DNA of 64,000 nucleotides from an uncultured virus (IMG/VR IMGVR_UViG_3300032046_000017). Its lineage: Duplodnaviria > Heunggongvirae > Uroviricota > Caudoviricetes. Below, piece after piece: positions 62,888 to 64,000 of the stretch. Both the position numbers and the translations under genes were made by a program. Each line of letters starts with the position of its first letter. Positions within the stretch are counted from its first letter, which is position 1. The DNA lies in IMG/VR virus record IMGVR_UViG_3300032046_000017. One strand, given 5' to 3'. Below the pieces are notes generated by a model that did not search any database, was not told the origin of the DNA, and worked only from the letters and a program-made list of their open reading frames with translations.

Positions 62888-63793
62888 ATGATAGACAAAC
62901 ATCTTCACCTTAGCGGGGCAGCCTCCTCCCGAACGCTATGGGAACTTGTGCAAGATTCTGGATACAAGACTGGCATCAAAACATTCCATGAGTTTGATAA
63001 TTTTACGTCTCTCCGAAATTCAGGAAGTCTTGACGCTTATCTAAAGGTTTTGCACTGGTTAGACAAAATTCAGTCGTCTCCCTTAGCCGTGAAAGCTTGC
63101 GTATACGACGCCTACGTGTCGTCATTTATGGCTGGGTGTGAAGAACTGGAATTGCGCTTTAACGCAACCAAGCGGTCCCAGGATGGAACTATTGACCTGG
63201 ACGCTATTATTATCTCTGCTAGGGCCGGTCTGGAAATGGCGTCTTCTAGGTTCGGAGTCAAGGGAAGCTTAGCAATGTGCTTGGGTTGGGACTGTTCAGA
63301 TGAGGCCAACTGGGCCTGCACCAACAAGGCAATAGACTATGTTGGGAAAGGAATAACCACTATTGATATTGCTGGGCCGAGCCACTTAGCCACTGATGAC
63401 AAAAGGCAGTTATTTACTAGCATGTTTGACAAAGCTAAAAAAGGCGGGCTGATAACAACTTGCCACGCGGGGGAAATCGTGCATGACTCCTTGGAAGCCG
63501 AGCTAGAATGGGCGTTATATAAGCTGAGACCTGACCGGATTGGCCATGGAATACAACTGGTCAAATACCCAAAACTGCTGGCTGTGGCGGCTGCTAATTG
63601 TGAGTTTGAGATTTGCATATCGTCAAACATTGCCTCAGGGGCCGTATCCGGACTTGAGGAGTTTGTAGGCATATTTAGGGCACTAGAACACGCCAATGCC
63701 AAGTGGACACTTTGTACTGACGCCACTTTTCCGTTAGGCACTAACATTACCAGGGAGCACTACTTATTTGATGAGATTAAGAAATTAGCGTGA
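62888..63793 (+). CDS. Adenosine/AMP deaminase family protein
   Basis: HLHLSG, ELRF, IDIAG, HAGE, RIGHG, EICISSN and LCTD motifs. Confidence 0.88.
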   Translation: MIDKHLHLSGAASSRTLWELVQDSGYKTGIKTFHEFDNFTSLRNSGSLDAYLKVLHWLDKIQSSPLAVKACVYDAYVSSFMAGCEELELRFNATKRSQDGTIDLDAIIISARAGLEMASSRFGVKGSLAMCLGWDCSDEANWACTNKAIDYVGKGITTIDIAGPSHLATDDKRQLFTSMFDKAKKGGLITTCHAGEIVHDSLEAELEWALYKLRPDRIGHGIQLVKYPKLLAVAAANCEFEICISSNIASGAVSGLEEFVGIFRALEHANAKWTLCTDATFPLGTNITREHYLFDEIKKLA

Positions 63794-63825
63794 ATGGGTT
63801 GGCCTTATTGCTGTGGGAAGGAGGG

Positions 63826-64000
63826 TGGTGGAGACGGCGGGGAACTGCCCCCCGCGTCCGAAACTTGTCCAAAAAGGCCTTCTACGTGCGTATCCGATTA
63901 GTTTAAACTCCGATCGGCGGCAGACAGGGATGAACTGATTTCTCAATTACATCCTCCACCATGACCCTTTTTTAAGCTGGTCAGCCCGTCCAGCGGCCAT
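63826..64000 (-). ncRNA. ssrA: tmRNA, 3' portion (5' end and tag ORF lie beyond the window)
   Basis: Minus strand ends ...ACGCACGTAGAAG...TTCGGAC-GCGGGG-GGCAGTT-CCCCGC-CGTCTCC-ACCA: Ala-type acceptor 3' strand with U70, GAC linker and encoded CCA; no anticodon arm. Confidence 0.85.

Noticed and set aside
63700..63830. Permuted two-piece tmRNA
   Set aside because: No GGGG[AG]CG 5' acceptor strand follows the CCA on the minus strand; the region runs into the deaminase gene

Overview
This window is most likely a 64-kb fragment of a large (jumbo-type) bacteriophage genome in standard code 11. Genes are tightly packed with Shine-Dalgarno motifs, and there are no rRNA or core housekeeping operons. 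About 30 kb encodes four collagen-like Gly-X-Y proteins (894, 879, 6791 and 1386 aa). Three of them lie in one minus-strand block (61230 to 27889) with three tandem paralogous beta-propeller-like proteins. The 6791-aa protein has nested repeats: a GxT-Gxx hexapeptide, a 142-aa hinge module, a 48-aa Lys period and three copies of a 170-aa globular domain. If fully triple-helical it would be about 1.7 micrometres long. Other genes: a tape-measure-like ORF running off the left edge (missed by the ORF track), a putative prohead protease, a thermonuclease, an HNH protein, a sigma-like protein, a J-domain protein, two Hef-like endonucleases, dUTPase, a HIRAN protein, a YiiX-family amidase, DksA/TraR, an adenosine deaminase-family protein, lipoproteins, tRNA-CAT and the 3' part of a tmRNA. 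One collagen gene appears to start at ATT. All family calls come from motif recognition by eye; no database searches were run.
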